From Octopus sinensis (taxonomy: Eukaryota): a DNA stretch of 32,030 nucleotides. The notes under the pieces are model-generated. The model had not been told where the DNA came from and made no database searches. It saw only the letters and a list, made by a program, of their open reading frames with translations. Shown here piece after piece: positions 21,127 through 31,864 of this stretch. The position numbers were made by a program, and so were the translations under genes. Numbering within the stretch: the stretch's first letter is position 1; the number at the start of each line of letters is the position of its first letter. The stretch lies in the NCBI RefSeq assembly GCF_006345805.1, contig NW_021837001.1:1-32030 (forward strand), written 5' to 3'.

Positions 21127-21335
21127 AAGGCGGTGACCTAACATAATCGTTGGTATGCCGGACAAAATGCTTAGCGACATTTCGTCCGATATTACGTTCT
21201 GAGTTCAAGTTCCACCGAGTTCACCTTGCCTTTCGTTGTTTAGGGGCCTATGAAATAAGTAGCAGTCAAATAACAGACTCAATGTAATCAACTGGATGAC
21301 CCCCACCCCTAAGATTTCATGTCTCTTGTGGAAAG
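21127..21335 (+). mobile_element. Diverged family B SINE (variant tail)
   Basis: AAGGCGG...GCCGGACAAAATGCTTAGCGACATTTCG...GTTCTGAGTTCAAGTTCC. Confidence 0.8.
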
Positions 21336-21409
21336 GATTCTTAGATTGGCAGATTTTGTTTCTTGTGTCTTTTTTTCTGTTTGTTGCTTGTTATTGGTGT
21401 GTCGTTTAA

Positions 21410-21830
21410 ATATCAGGAAGAGGACGGGGGGGGGGAGAAAGAGGAAGAGGAGAATGAAGAAGTAGTAGAAGAAGGAGGAAGAGGAGGGGGAAAAGAAGAG
21501 CAGAAATATAAGGAGGAAGGAGAGGAAAGGGATGAGAAGGATGGAGGCAAAGAGGAGGAAAGAGGCGGAAAGGAAGAAGGAAAAGGAGAAGGAACGGAGT
21601 CGGAGGGGATGAGGAGAAAAAGAAAAAAGAGAAGAAGAAAAAGGAGAAGAAGGAAAGGAAGAAGAAGTAGGGGTGAAGAAGAAGAAGAAGAAAAAGAAGA
21701 AGAAGAAGAAGGAAAAAGGAGAAGGAAAGGAAGAAGTAGGGGTGAAGAAGAAGAAGAAGAAAAGAAGAAGATGGAGAAGAAGGGGAAGAAGAAGGAGAAG
21801 GAGGACGAGGAGGAGGAGGAGGATGAGATA
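21410..21830. repeat. Purine-rich (GAA/GGA) low-complexity tract
   Basis: Direct reading; contains an internal ~55-bp duplication around AGTAGGGGTG. Confidence 0.9.
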
Positions 21831-22243
21831 AAATGACGTCCAGAATACTTGAGGAAAAGACAATATTTAATAATGCATGTGGCGTGTTGAATGAAAGATA
21901 AGACAAGAGTTAAGTGCTTGAGAGATGTTTGAGTAAGACGTCCAGATACGTTTATATAGATTGTAGGATGAGTTCGTTTCAGGAAGGACCATATTTGTAT
22001 GATCTTATACGGTGAGATGTCATCGTATAATGGCAAAGTAAACGTTCCATTGTTTAAAGCGAACAAACGCCACAGGTATCTTACGTAAACAGCAGTGCTG
22101 TGGTAAGAGGCTAAAGATCATATGTATACACACACAGACAAACGCACATAAATACACACACGCACACGCAAACACGAACCTGCGTGTACGTATTTTGTTC
22201 AAACACTTGTTGTAAAGTTTTGATATCTATAATAGTGTATCAG

Positions 22244-22663
22244 AAGGCGGCGAGCTGGCAGAACGTTAGCACGCCGGGCGAAATGCGTAGTCGTATTTCG
22301 TCTGCCGTTACGGTTCTGAGTTCAAATTCCGCGCAAGGTCGACTTGCCTTTCATCCTTTCGGGGGGGTCGATAATTAAGTACCAGTTACGCACTGGGTCG
22401 ATGTAATCGACTTAACCCGTTTGTCTGTCCTTGTTTGTCCCCTCTATGTTTAGCCCCTTGTGGGTAGTAAAGAAACAGGTATTTCGTCTGCCGTACGTTC
22501 TGAGTTCAAATTCCGCCAAGGTCGGACTTTGCCTTTCATCCTTTCGGGGTCGATAAATTAAGTACACAGTTACGCACTGGGGTCGATGTAATCGACTTAA
22601 CACCCCCTTTGTCTGTCCTTGTTTGTCCCCTCTATGTTTAGCCCCTTGTGGGTAATAAAGAAA
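22244..22663 (+). mobile_element. Family B SINE head-to-tail dimer
   Basis: One full unit, then a second unit beginning at GGTATTTCGTC (22478); period ~186. Confidence 0.93.
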
Positions 22664-23022
22664 CATATATAATAGTTATCTATTCTGTACTGAAATATAG
22701 GGTTTTTTTTTCAGAAAGCCTAACATTTGCGTTATATCCTTTACAATTCGGCCTGATTTGAAGTTGCATATCTACGTTTGATCAAAATTTAAAGATAAAC
22801 AATAAAACAATAAAATTATATATAAACGTTTGATAATTAAATATAAACCTTTATCGAATTATCTGCAAAGAGCCTGAACTCTTATATAGCTAGCAGAGTT
22901 TAATCCTTTGAAAGCACAACCTTGTTTTAAATCCACTTGAAATGTTCAAACTATATTTTGAAAAATTCCTTAGAAATTATAAATCTCTGAGCGAGGTATA
23001 AACAGTAGCTGCACGACACGAC

Positions 23023-23503
23023 ATCGTGAAGTATATTTACCACTTAAATGTGGCTAACCCTTAAGGGTGGATGCTACTGTAGCTTGTAGCCCCAGGAGGA
23101 CACCTCCTCCCGCTGGCTATTGACAAACTTTCTGTGCCCTATCAGTATTTGCAAAGAGAATTCATCAATCCCTATCTCCAGCCTGACATGATACACACAG
23201 ACTCGAGTTTCTGGGTATTTACATTTTTTCGAGATCAGTGACTTTCGTCACTGGAAAAAGGATATATATATATTTGTATTGGGAACCATTTCACATCGAC
23301 TACGGGTGATTGTCACACGCTGATGACGGGTCAAAACTCGAGTCCGTGGGTAAGATGTCAGGCTGGAGGTGGGAAGGATGGCTTCCCTTTGCAAAAACTG
23401 ATAAGGCACAGATAGTGTGTCAATAGCCAGCTGCAGGAGGTGTCCTCCTGGGGTTACAAGCTACAGTAGCTTCCACATTTAAGTGGCAAATATACTTCAC
23501 GAT
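23023..23503. mobile_element. Foldback/MITE-like element with long terminal inverted repeats
   Basis: Arms 23023-23210 and 23334-23503 (ATCGTGAAGTATATTT...AAATATACTTCACGAT), roughly 85% complementary; ~120-bp spacer; no TSD seen. Confidence 0.85.
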
Positions 23504-23740
23504 TCCTTTTCAATGGTTCGAATTTACACAGAGAAATATTCCTTTATGGTGTCATAGAAATTGGCATCATTATGACGTCATAACAATTCTATTTAATTCT
23601 GTTTTGTATTCTAAATAGAGAAATGGGATTTACTTTTAATTATCTACTTTGAAATGTTTCTATAATGATGTCATAATTATCAAATTAATTTCATCAAAAA
23701 ACAAGCCGACCTTGTTTGCTATTATTTCAACAAACACCAC

Positions 23741-24360
23741 TATTTAGTTCTATATCGCACACAGGGAGAAAACGTAGAGGGGATAAACAGGACAGACAAA
23801 GGGATTAAGTCAATTACATTGACCCCAGTGCGTAACTGGTACTTGTTTTATCGAACCCGAAAGGATGAGAGGCAAAGTCGACCTCGGCGCAATTTGAACG
23901 CAGGACGTAACGTTAGACGAAATACCTATTTCTTTACTACCCACAAGGAGCTAAACACAGAGAGGACAAACAAGGACAGACAGACGGATTAAGTCGACTA
24001 CAGACGGATTAAGTCGACTACTACCCAGTGTGCAACTGGTACTTATTTCATCTGCTCCTGAAAGGATGAAAGGCAAAGTTGACCTCGGCGGAATTTGAAA
24101 TCAGAACGTAGCGGCAGACGAAATACCTATTTCTTTACTACCCACAAGGGGCTAAACATAGAGAGGACAAACAAGGACAGACAGAAGGATTAAGTCGATT
24201 ACATGGACCCCAGTGCGTAACTGGTACTTATTTAATCGACCCCGAAAGGATGAAAGGCAAAGTCGACCTCAGCGGAATTTGAACTCAGAACGTATCGTTA
24301 GACGAAATACCGCTAAGCATTTCGCCTGGTGTGCTAACGATTCTGCCAGCTCACTGCCTT
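23741..24360 (-). mobile_element. Family B SINE head-to-tail trimer
   Basis: Single head at 24311-24360; junction GACGAAATACC|TATTTCTTTACTACCC at ~23926 and ~24127. Confidence 0.93.
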
Positions 24361-24484
24361 AACAAACACCAATATTGGTGAATATTCATTTACCGCGTCT
24401 TATTTGTTAACTACAACAAACCATTGTGATATTTTATCATCTATAAAAGAGATAATATAATGCAGATATTTTACAATCGCCGAG

Positions 24485-24702
24485 TGGGGCGAGATAACAG
24501 AATAGTTAGCACGCCGGGCGAGATGCTTAGCGGCATTTCTCCCGTCTTCACGTTTTGAGTCCAGAGTTCAAACTCCGCCGTGGTCGACTTTGTCTTTCAT
24601 CCTTTCAGGGTCGATGAAATAAGTGCCATTAGAACATTGGAACCGATGTTATCGACCCCAACTCCCCACAAAATTGCTGACCTTGCGGCAAAATTAGAAA
24701 TC
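24485..24702 (+). mobile_element. Family B SINE (variant tail)
   Basis: GTTAGCACGCCGGGCGAGATGCTTAGCGG...GAGTTCAAACTCC...GTCGACTTTG; tail as at 11775. Confidence 0.85.
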
Positions 24703-25040
24703 TATAGTTTACAATCACCGTATAGAGTTTGGGCATTTTTGAATCCTGTGAAATTCTGGTAAGGTGTTTTTCTTAGCATTTATATTAATCGCCACAGAAA
24801 AACACGCAGTAAACGCATTTATTCTTAGATGCGATGTTCAAATTTTTATTTAAGGATATCTTTTCTTTTTTCCTAAAACACATCCATTAATGTCAGTTGT
24901 TCAAGAGAAAATTACAATTTGATATTTTCAATATTTCCATATTTTAACGAAAGCAGTGGTAATTTTACTAAAATTCTAAAAGACCACGTCTCCAACTTGT
25001 TGAAACCCACACTAAGCATAGAAAAAAATATTTGATATAA

Positions 25041-25824
25041 TACGAGTGTGGGCTGAACAGTTCACAGGCTGACTGTTAAGAAGTGATGCCAGAGTTGTGA
25101 AATCGCATGCATGAATTTCACCTTTAATTAATAATTGCGTTGTTTCTTTTCAGGTAAACTGACATCTGAGTGTTCAAAACTTCAAAAATACCTGGAAGCA
25201 GCAGCAGCAGATATGCTGTCATCATCATTGCGATATTTGTTCCTAGCCAAATGTTTTTTTTTTTTATGTTGGGGAACAGATGATGGTCATATGGGCCTAA
25301 TCCGGAAAACAAGGAGGCTGTTCAAACAGTTCAAAGACACAGCAAAACACAGCAGCCATTGAAACGAAGAACTTGTATGTTGGAGCATTGTCCCTATGAA
25401 ACAAGGCTTTTTCATCAATTTTCCTGGGCGTTTGGTCGTGATGGCCTTTCAAATACTACCTCAGAAAGCTCGCATCATACTCGCCATTGATGGTGTAACA
25501 CTTTTCAATACACAGTGCTTCTTGCATCCCCCTAAAACTGAGGCCACCACCTTTCTACAGAAGAAACGAACTTGGCCTTCTCTGGGGAGGTGAAGAGGGG
25601 AGTTTCTACTGCTTGGATTATCTCTTTGTCTCTGGGTCAACCTAACACTCATCCTGGCTTAGGAAAAGTTCGAGAAACCAGCTGAATGTGCCGGAAGCAA
25701 TGTCAATTTTTCAGTGATGTAATCAACCTTGTGAGCTTTTGATCAGGTGTCAGATATGGCATCCACCGAGCAGAAACCTTCCTAATGCCAAGTTCAGAAT
25801 ATTCTCAACTCTCTCGTGTGATAC
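25041..25824 (-). mobile_element. Degraded mariner (D,D34D-type) transposon, 3' part with TIR
   Basis: Minus strand ELGIRKVSARWMP, SQDEC*V..DPETKR, KRPGKLMKKPCFHRDNAP, FELFEQPPCFPD* (degenerate YSPDLAP). Mariner-like end TA-CGAGTGTGGGCTGAACAGTTC at 25041. Confidence 0.82.
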
Positions 25825-26528
25825 TAGTGACCAGTCCAAACACCATGATAAAGTGATTTTTATCACTTTCGATATATGTTTTGGGGACACGGCAAGCCAA
25901 GATTTGTTCTGTGTGTTCACCAACTGAATCTGCCAGAAATTCTCCTCACCTGAGAAAAACCAAATCATGGTTCGGTTGACGTGGATGCTTGAGTTTGTTC
26001 AAAACCTTAGTAGCGTGATCTTTCCTATTGTCCTTGATGGCCTGGGATAAAAATTGGCCCTCTCTCATCTTGTACGAGGAATACCGAATGTCTTCATGCG
26101 CTCCTTGCCTGATAAGAAACTCAGACTCTCTCATATCCCCGAGCACTTGATTGACTTGGAGGGATCGCTGTCAATCATGACCTGGATCTCACCAACAAAT
26201 TCAGGATTTTCTTTTCTTATCGGAACAATCTTAATGATTTTTCCGAGCTGCTTTGTTATCACCATTAGACTCATCCGACTCTTTCCGAATCCTCAGATTG
26301 ACACCCAAAGACTCTGAAATGTTCGTACTGGACCCTCCAGTGAGAATGACAGCAGTACAGCATATTCCTTCCAAATTTATGGCTGAGTGAATTGTGTCAT
26401 GGTGCTGTTTTTCTTACAGACGGTGCTCAATTGACCCTACTATACTGTGCAGTCCACAACATCAAACAGAAAAATACGCGTGCGCGAAATAAAAAATATA
26501 AAATGGCGACAATTTGCCCATCGCACGC
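25825..26528 (-). mobile_element. 5' half of a Tc1/maT(DD37D)-like transposon
   Basis: Minus strand HEDIRYSSYKMREGQFLSQAIKDNRKDHATKVLNKLKHP / MIWFFSGEENF...NTQNKSWLAVSP / MVFGLVTS. TIR-like GCGTGCGATGGGCAAATTGTCGCC next to TA at 26529. Subfamily assignment is tentative. Confidence 0.75.
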
Positions 26529-26989
26529 TATATATATATATATACATATATATATGTATATATGTATGTATATATGTATGTATGAATGTTTGTATATATG
26601 TATGTATGGTTCTATGTATGTATGTATAGGTTTATATACATGCAAATATGCATAAATAAGCACACACAAACACACAAAAATACACACACATGCACACAAA
26701 TGTACGTTTTCTTCATGTAGCATCCTCGTCTGATTAACGTGCTTTATCAATTCATAATTCCAATATAATAAATATTTCGACCGATGTTGTTACCCTATGC
26801 GCGAAAGTCATTAAGGGGGTGTGATCGCCTTTACTGAGCAACTGCCATCGTAAAAATCCAGATGATGGCCATTGATGCATTGATGGGTAACCGTTAATTA
26901 TGAGATTCTGAAAGGTAAAAAAAATTGGCCTCTATTTATTTCAGTGATTCCTTCAGTAAAGTATAATATTTCTATCAATTCTTTCTCTG

Positions 26990-26993
26990 TATG

Positions 26994-27042
<49 letters not shown>

Positions 27043-27049
27043 ATATGTA

Positions 27050-27114
<65 letters not shown>

Positions 27115-27162
27115 TGATGTGTGTACGAATGCATATGTAATATATATATGTATATATGTATG

Positions 27163-27203
<41 letters not shown>

Positions 27204-27230
27204 GCATGTGTATATGTATACATGCAAGAA
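26990..27230. repeat. (TATATG)n/(TA)n microsatellite
   Basis: Direct reading. Confidence 0.93.
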
Positions 27231-27249
27231 CGCGTGTACATGCTTATAT

Positions 27250-27415
27250 ACATAAAATACAAAATGGAACAAGAACGCAAAACATCCGGACAATTAAGTG
27301 ATACAAAAGGGGACAACAAAACATCCAGATAGGCGATACAAAGAAAACAAGGACGGGTCATTCGAAGTTTTCTATCTTCAGTCAAGAACCAGATTATCCT
27401 CGCAATTTCGGCTAC
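27250..27415 (-). mobile_element. PLE-like 3' end related to the 1313/1991 repeat
   Basis: Minus TAGCCGAAATTGCGAGGATAATCTGGTTCTTGACTGAAGA...GAATGACCCGTCC versus plus CAGCCGAAATTTGCGATGATGAATCGGTTTCTGACTGAAGA...GAATTACTGTCC at 1959-2021. Confidence 0.6.
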
Positions 27416-27665
27416 AAACACCTCTTGTGTCTTCACCACCTACACTGTATCTCCTGTTATTTACCGTAATTCCGTAACGGTCATAGGTCAATGGCTGATT
27501 GCTATAATGAGAAGTGTGTTCTGTCTAGAATATCTCTGCCTGAATATATACATCCATCTTCTATAAATATATACACTCACTCGATCAATTTAAATTTAGA
27601 CTTTTAATATGATATTGAGCAAATATTGACGGACATGATGATAATGACAATTAAAATAAATACAT

Positions 27666-27704
<39 letters not shown>

Positions 27705-28057
27705 ATGAGGGAGTGGTATGGTGGTGGTGCTACTGCCGCATAGATATATATATGCATAAAGACTGAATACATGTATATATATATATGGATGCATAAATAT
27801 ATGTATCTATGCATATATATATAATATTTATATATATATATATATATTATAATATATATATATATATTTATTTTATATTTATATTATATATATGTATGTA
27901 TGCATGTATATATGCATATGCATGTATCTGTGTATGCATGTATGTGTAAATATATGCATGCCCATATGTATATATGTATGTGCATATATATACATGTATA
28001 CATGCATATTTCTCTCTCTATCTCTTTCTCTTTCACTCTATCCATTTATCTATGATA

Positions 28058-28129
28058 GACACTTGCTCAAGGTTCTATTTAGTCGAACTGAACCCGGTAC
28101 TATGTGATTGGGAAGCAAACATCTTACCA
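28058..28129 (-). mobile_element. Family A SINE head fragment
   Basis: GACACTTGCTCAAGG...CTGAACCCGG...TTGGGAAGCAAAC..TTACCAC matches 3420-3490. Confidence 0.7.
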
Positions 28130-28454
28130 CATTCTCACCGACTATAAGGTTATCACTACAAAAAGAAAAAACCCAGAAGTAAACGTAATTGTATTGACAT
28201 GCCTGAAATATTTGTTTTCATGAAGCTTCCATTTTATCTGTTGTGTCAGTTGCAACAAGTGATCTCATTAGAATTGTCACACTGAGAATGTTTCAGAGAG
28301 CAATGACCAAGGATGCATCTGTGTCCTCAATTGTTCTTAAACTTGTCATAATTTCGATCATTCAACTACAGCTTGAATCGTGTGTCTATATTACGTCATA
28401 TACTCAGTAAAATTCAGAAACAGCCGACAGGTAGCCGACGTTTCGTACATTTTA

Positions 28455-28545
28455 CTTTTTGCATGTTTCAGTTATTGAACTTTATCCATGCTGGGGTACC
28501 GCTTGAAGGGTTTTAATCAAACGAATCTGCTACAGTACCTATTTA
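28455..28545 (-). mobile_element. Diverged family A-related SINE 3' fragment
   Basis: ATGTTTCAGTTATTGAAC..CCATGCTGGGGTACCGC. Confidence 0.55.
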
Positions 28546-29191
28546 CATTAACCTCTTGTTAAGCGATATATACAATAATGTATTTTGTACCAAAAGCCAA
28601 TATGAGCGTTTCTCTCATGGGATTGACCACAGTATAGATTTTTCCTACAAAAAGTCCATGTTTACGTCGGTATAAAGATTAAATCTCAGAACTAAATTAA
28701 TGCTACACTGAGACACTCAAAGAGCTTAGACAAAACATTCGTATGAAATGGTTGAACAATAATCTTTAAGCGATTCCCATCCAACATCAAAGTCCACGCC
28801 CACACACGTTTGACAAAATATTAGACAATTGGGAAATATTAGGCCGAACAGAAGAAAGGCTTCGGAAACAACTATTTGATGACACAGGAAAAGTGAAAGT
28901 AGATGTGATGATGTAGGAACACTAATTCACCCTTAAACACATGCAAAGAGCTATGGAGAGCTGGGTCTATCGATGGTACACATGCAACATTTGCAATGGT
29001 GTCTATGCTTACTAGTTACTTCGTGCAAAGGAGAAGCTACTCTACCAACAGGCAAATTTTGAACGATGTATATCAGTTCAGACGATAAGTTCTGCTCATC
29101 TCTTCCTCACTTTGGATTGAAACCCTGTACCGTATATCAAAACAAAAGACTGAATACATGTATATATGTACGCGCGCGCACACACAAACAT

Positions 29192-29227
<36 letters not shown>

Positions 29228-29232
<5 letters not shown>

Positions 29233-29346
29233 GGTTTTACAAACAAAAAGATGAAGACGGGTGTGTAAACAGCAAGCAGATGTATAAGTTTAACGCTCAG
29301 GAAGTGTGAAAATCTTTCACGTTTCGAGCCTACTCTCTTCAATAGT
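29228..29346 (-). mobile_element. PLE-like 3' end with degenerate hammerhead-like motif
   Basis: Minus CTATTGAAGAGAGTAGGCTCGAAACGTGAAAG...GTCTTCATCTTTTTGTTTGTAAAACC into (TA)n; homologous to 6151-6270. Confidence 0.55.
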
Positions 29347-29632
29347 TTTGATGTCAACAAACCATTACCAAAGGCTCGCGTGATATTCCGTAGTGCTTCT
29401 GGGGCAGATTGAACCAGTTTTTACTCATACGAGAAAATCACTCAACATAGTTTGGTTGTTATCATATTCATGAGGCCTGTGGGTACGAATTTTGTATACC
29501 AATATTGTTGGGAAAGAGAAAGAGTCAAGATAAAATGCAAGGTATACATAATTGAGTTTTTAAATGTCTGAAATAACAAGTAATTAAAAATGCGACATTT
29601 CATGTGAAGCAGCCTAATATATATATATATAT

Positions 29633-29922
29633 ATCACGTGATAACGTGACCGACCAGACCATCAGATGTTGCTACACATCGCTGGTCACAATGCCTTCGA
29701 ATGACGCCACCCCGCTTGCTAAGCGAGCAGGCCAACAGAAGAAAGAGTGGGAGAAAGAGTGGTGAAAGAGTACAGCAGGGATCATCACCCCCTGCTAGAG
29801 CCTCGTGGAGCTTTTAGGTGTTTTCGCTCAATAAACACACACAACGCCTGGTCTGGGAATCGAAACCGCGATCCTGCGACTGCGAGTCCGCTACCCTATA
29901 CCACTAGGCCATTGCGCCTCCA
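29633..29922 (-). mobile_element. Full-length tRNA(Arg)-like SINE, family D
   Basis: Minus GGAGGCGCAATGGCCTAGTGG (A-box)...GGACTCGCAGTC...GGTTTCGATTCCC (B-box), unique body, tail GTCACGTTATCACGTGAT into (TA)n. Resembles octopus OR-type SINEs from memory; unverified. Confidence 0.85.
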
Positions 29923-29966
<44 letters not shown>

Positions 29967-29987
29967 GTATGTATGTGTTTGTATGTA

Positions 29988-30023
<36 letters not shown>

Positions 30024-30865
30024 AGTGTATATACATACACACGTCCATCGACATGACTTCTTTTACTCAGGGGAACCAAGCGAAATACGTTGCACCATTA
30101 TAAGATGAACAAATACAAGACATTATCAAAGGAATACTGAACAGAAATTATGGCATCAGGAGAGATTGTTGCTTGAAACATTTTTATCCCGTCTTCTTAA
30201 ATCAAAATCTTTGTTGATATAAAAAAAAAACAATATCATAAACACACAAAAAAACGATAATAACAAAACGTAAAAACGATGTCTAGAAACCTTAAATCAA
30301 ACATTTTCGAACGATAACAACGATTTTTACTTGTATATGTCATGTGAAACGAAACGCCACCCCCACCGCCTTTATTCCCACCTCTAACCTTAAACTTATC
30401 TCTTTACGCACTGCGACACTGTTTTACTGTTAGTGTAAAAAGTATTCTGTATTACAAAACTGTAAGCTTGACATATAGACATGTATGCAAACACATATGC
30501 ACGCTTCCATACACACACACACAACCACACACATACATACATACATTTATATATATATACATCTATATATGTGTTTATATATATAAAAACTTACTTGGAG
30601 AAAAGAAAAGAAACGAAACGAAACGACGCGGGGCGCTCAGTCATACAATAATTTAATAAATAAAATATATGCATACATACATACATGTATGGACGTACCT
30701 ACATCTACATGATTATATATACATGCATATATATATATTATATATATATATATATATATGAGTACAGGACACCACAAATAGACGTAGAACTCAACGAGAA
30801 ACGAAAACATAAAAGCAAACTAGGAAACGGACTTTTTTTAACAACGAAAAAACAGAGTACAAGAC

Positions 30866-30867
<2 letters not shown>

Positions 30868-30933
<66 letters not shown>
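30868..30933. repeat. (GA)n microsatellite
   Basis: Direct reading. Confidence 0.97.
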
Positions 30934-30938
<5 letters not shown>

Positions 30939-31035
30939 CAGAAACAAGGAAAATGCCACTTGTATTTGAACACTATACAAATATTCTTTTAAAAAAACTT
31001 TTCTTTTAATTTTTCTAAATTTAATTATTTAATCG

Positions 31036-31078
31036 TTACAGTTGAAAAGGTCTCAAATGGCTGAAACCGGTACTGAAA
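31036..31078 (+). ncRNA. Degenerate minimal hammerhead motif
   Basis: TTACAG / TTGAAAA / GGTC-TCAAAT-GGCT / GAAAC-CG-GTA / CTGAAA. Palindromic ACCGGT stem III; the core differs from CTGAAGA by two transitions. Confidence 0.5.
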
Positions 31079-31141
31079 TGTTCTTTATAAAATTATTTTA
31101 GCATTTTCTATCTTGACTTGTTTTTTCATATATATATATAT

Positions 31142-31181
<40 letters not shown>

Positions 31182-31209
31182 AACGTGCTTTCGAAACTCA
31201 CAGCGACCA

Positions 31210-31510
31210 TTTACATTACTTACATTCGACGGATATTTGTCCTCATCTTGTTTGTTGTTAACACAACGTTTCGGCTGATATACCCTCCAACCTTCATCAG
31301 GTGTGTTGGGGAAATTTCGAACCTGGGTTCTCATTCTGAAGGTATTTTTCGATATTATTATTATTATTATTATTAAAATTATTATTATTATTATTATTAT
31401 TGCTATTATTATTATTATTGTTATTGTTCAGGTCACTGCTTGAAATCGAACTCGGAATCTTGTGGTTAGTAGCCCGCGCTCTTAACTACTATGCCACATG
31501 CCCACGGGCA
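31210..31510 (-). mobile_element. tRNA-head/(AAT)n/hammerhead element (copy 3, contiguous)
   Basis: Minus TGCCCGTGGGCATGTGGCATAGTAGTTAAG (A-box)...GGGCTACTAACC...GAGTTCGATTTC (B-box), (AAT)n, ATCGAAAAATACCTTCAGAATG, GGTTCGAAATTT, hammerhead, AACAACAAACAAGATGAGGAC... Confidence 0.88.
31260..31304 (-). ncRNA. Minimal type I hammerhead ribozyme, core intact
   Basis: ACAC-CTGATGA-A-GGTTG(GAGGGTATAT)CAGCC-GAAAC-GTT-GTGT: stem I 4 bp, stem II 5 bp, stem III only ACGT (self-complementary). Confidence 0.78.
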
Positions 31511-31672
31511 GAATAAGTACTAGGCTTAAGAAATGAGTCCTATTATCGATTATTCTGACGTTTGTATGACTTTCAAATCCAATGTTTGTGACAAACCTTT
31601 CCAGGATCTTCCAGATGTATATATGCAGCATACCTTTCACGCCTTCGTTTGAGAAAGAAAGGTTTTAACCTC

Positions 31673-31864
31673 ATTTCTTTATTGCCCACAAGGGGCTAAA
31701 CACAGAGGGGACAAACAGTGCGTAACTGGTACTTAATATATCGACCCCGAAAGGATGAAAGGCAAAGTGGACCTCGGCGGAATTTGAACTCAGAACGTAA
31801 CGGCAGATGAAATACCGCTAAGCATTTCGCCCGGCCTGCTAACGTTTCTGCCAGCTCACCGTTT
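31673..31864 (-). mobile_element. Family B SINE with internal deletion
   Basis: Reverse complement of 19393-19620, lacking the GGGGTCGATGTAATCG...GTCTGTCCTT segment. Confidence 0.92.

Noticed and set aside
21309-22066. Long E/K/R-rich and F/S/P-rich ORFs
   Set aside because: Products of the GAA/GGA low-complexity tract.
23320-23345. CTGATGA followed by a short stem
   Set aside because: No GAAA core or cleavage triplet follows.
23741-24360. CRISPR-like array
   Set aside because: Units are contiguous ~185-nt SINE bodies with no unique spacers, in a eukaryotic context with no cas genes.
29850-29922. Functional tRNA genes (also 31429-31510, 19393-19480)
   Set aside because: Cloverleaves are incomplete and run into SINE bodies without a poly-T terminator; these are SINE heads.
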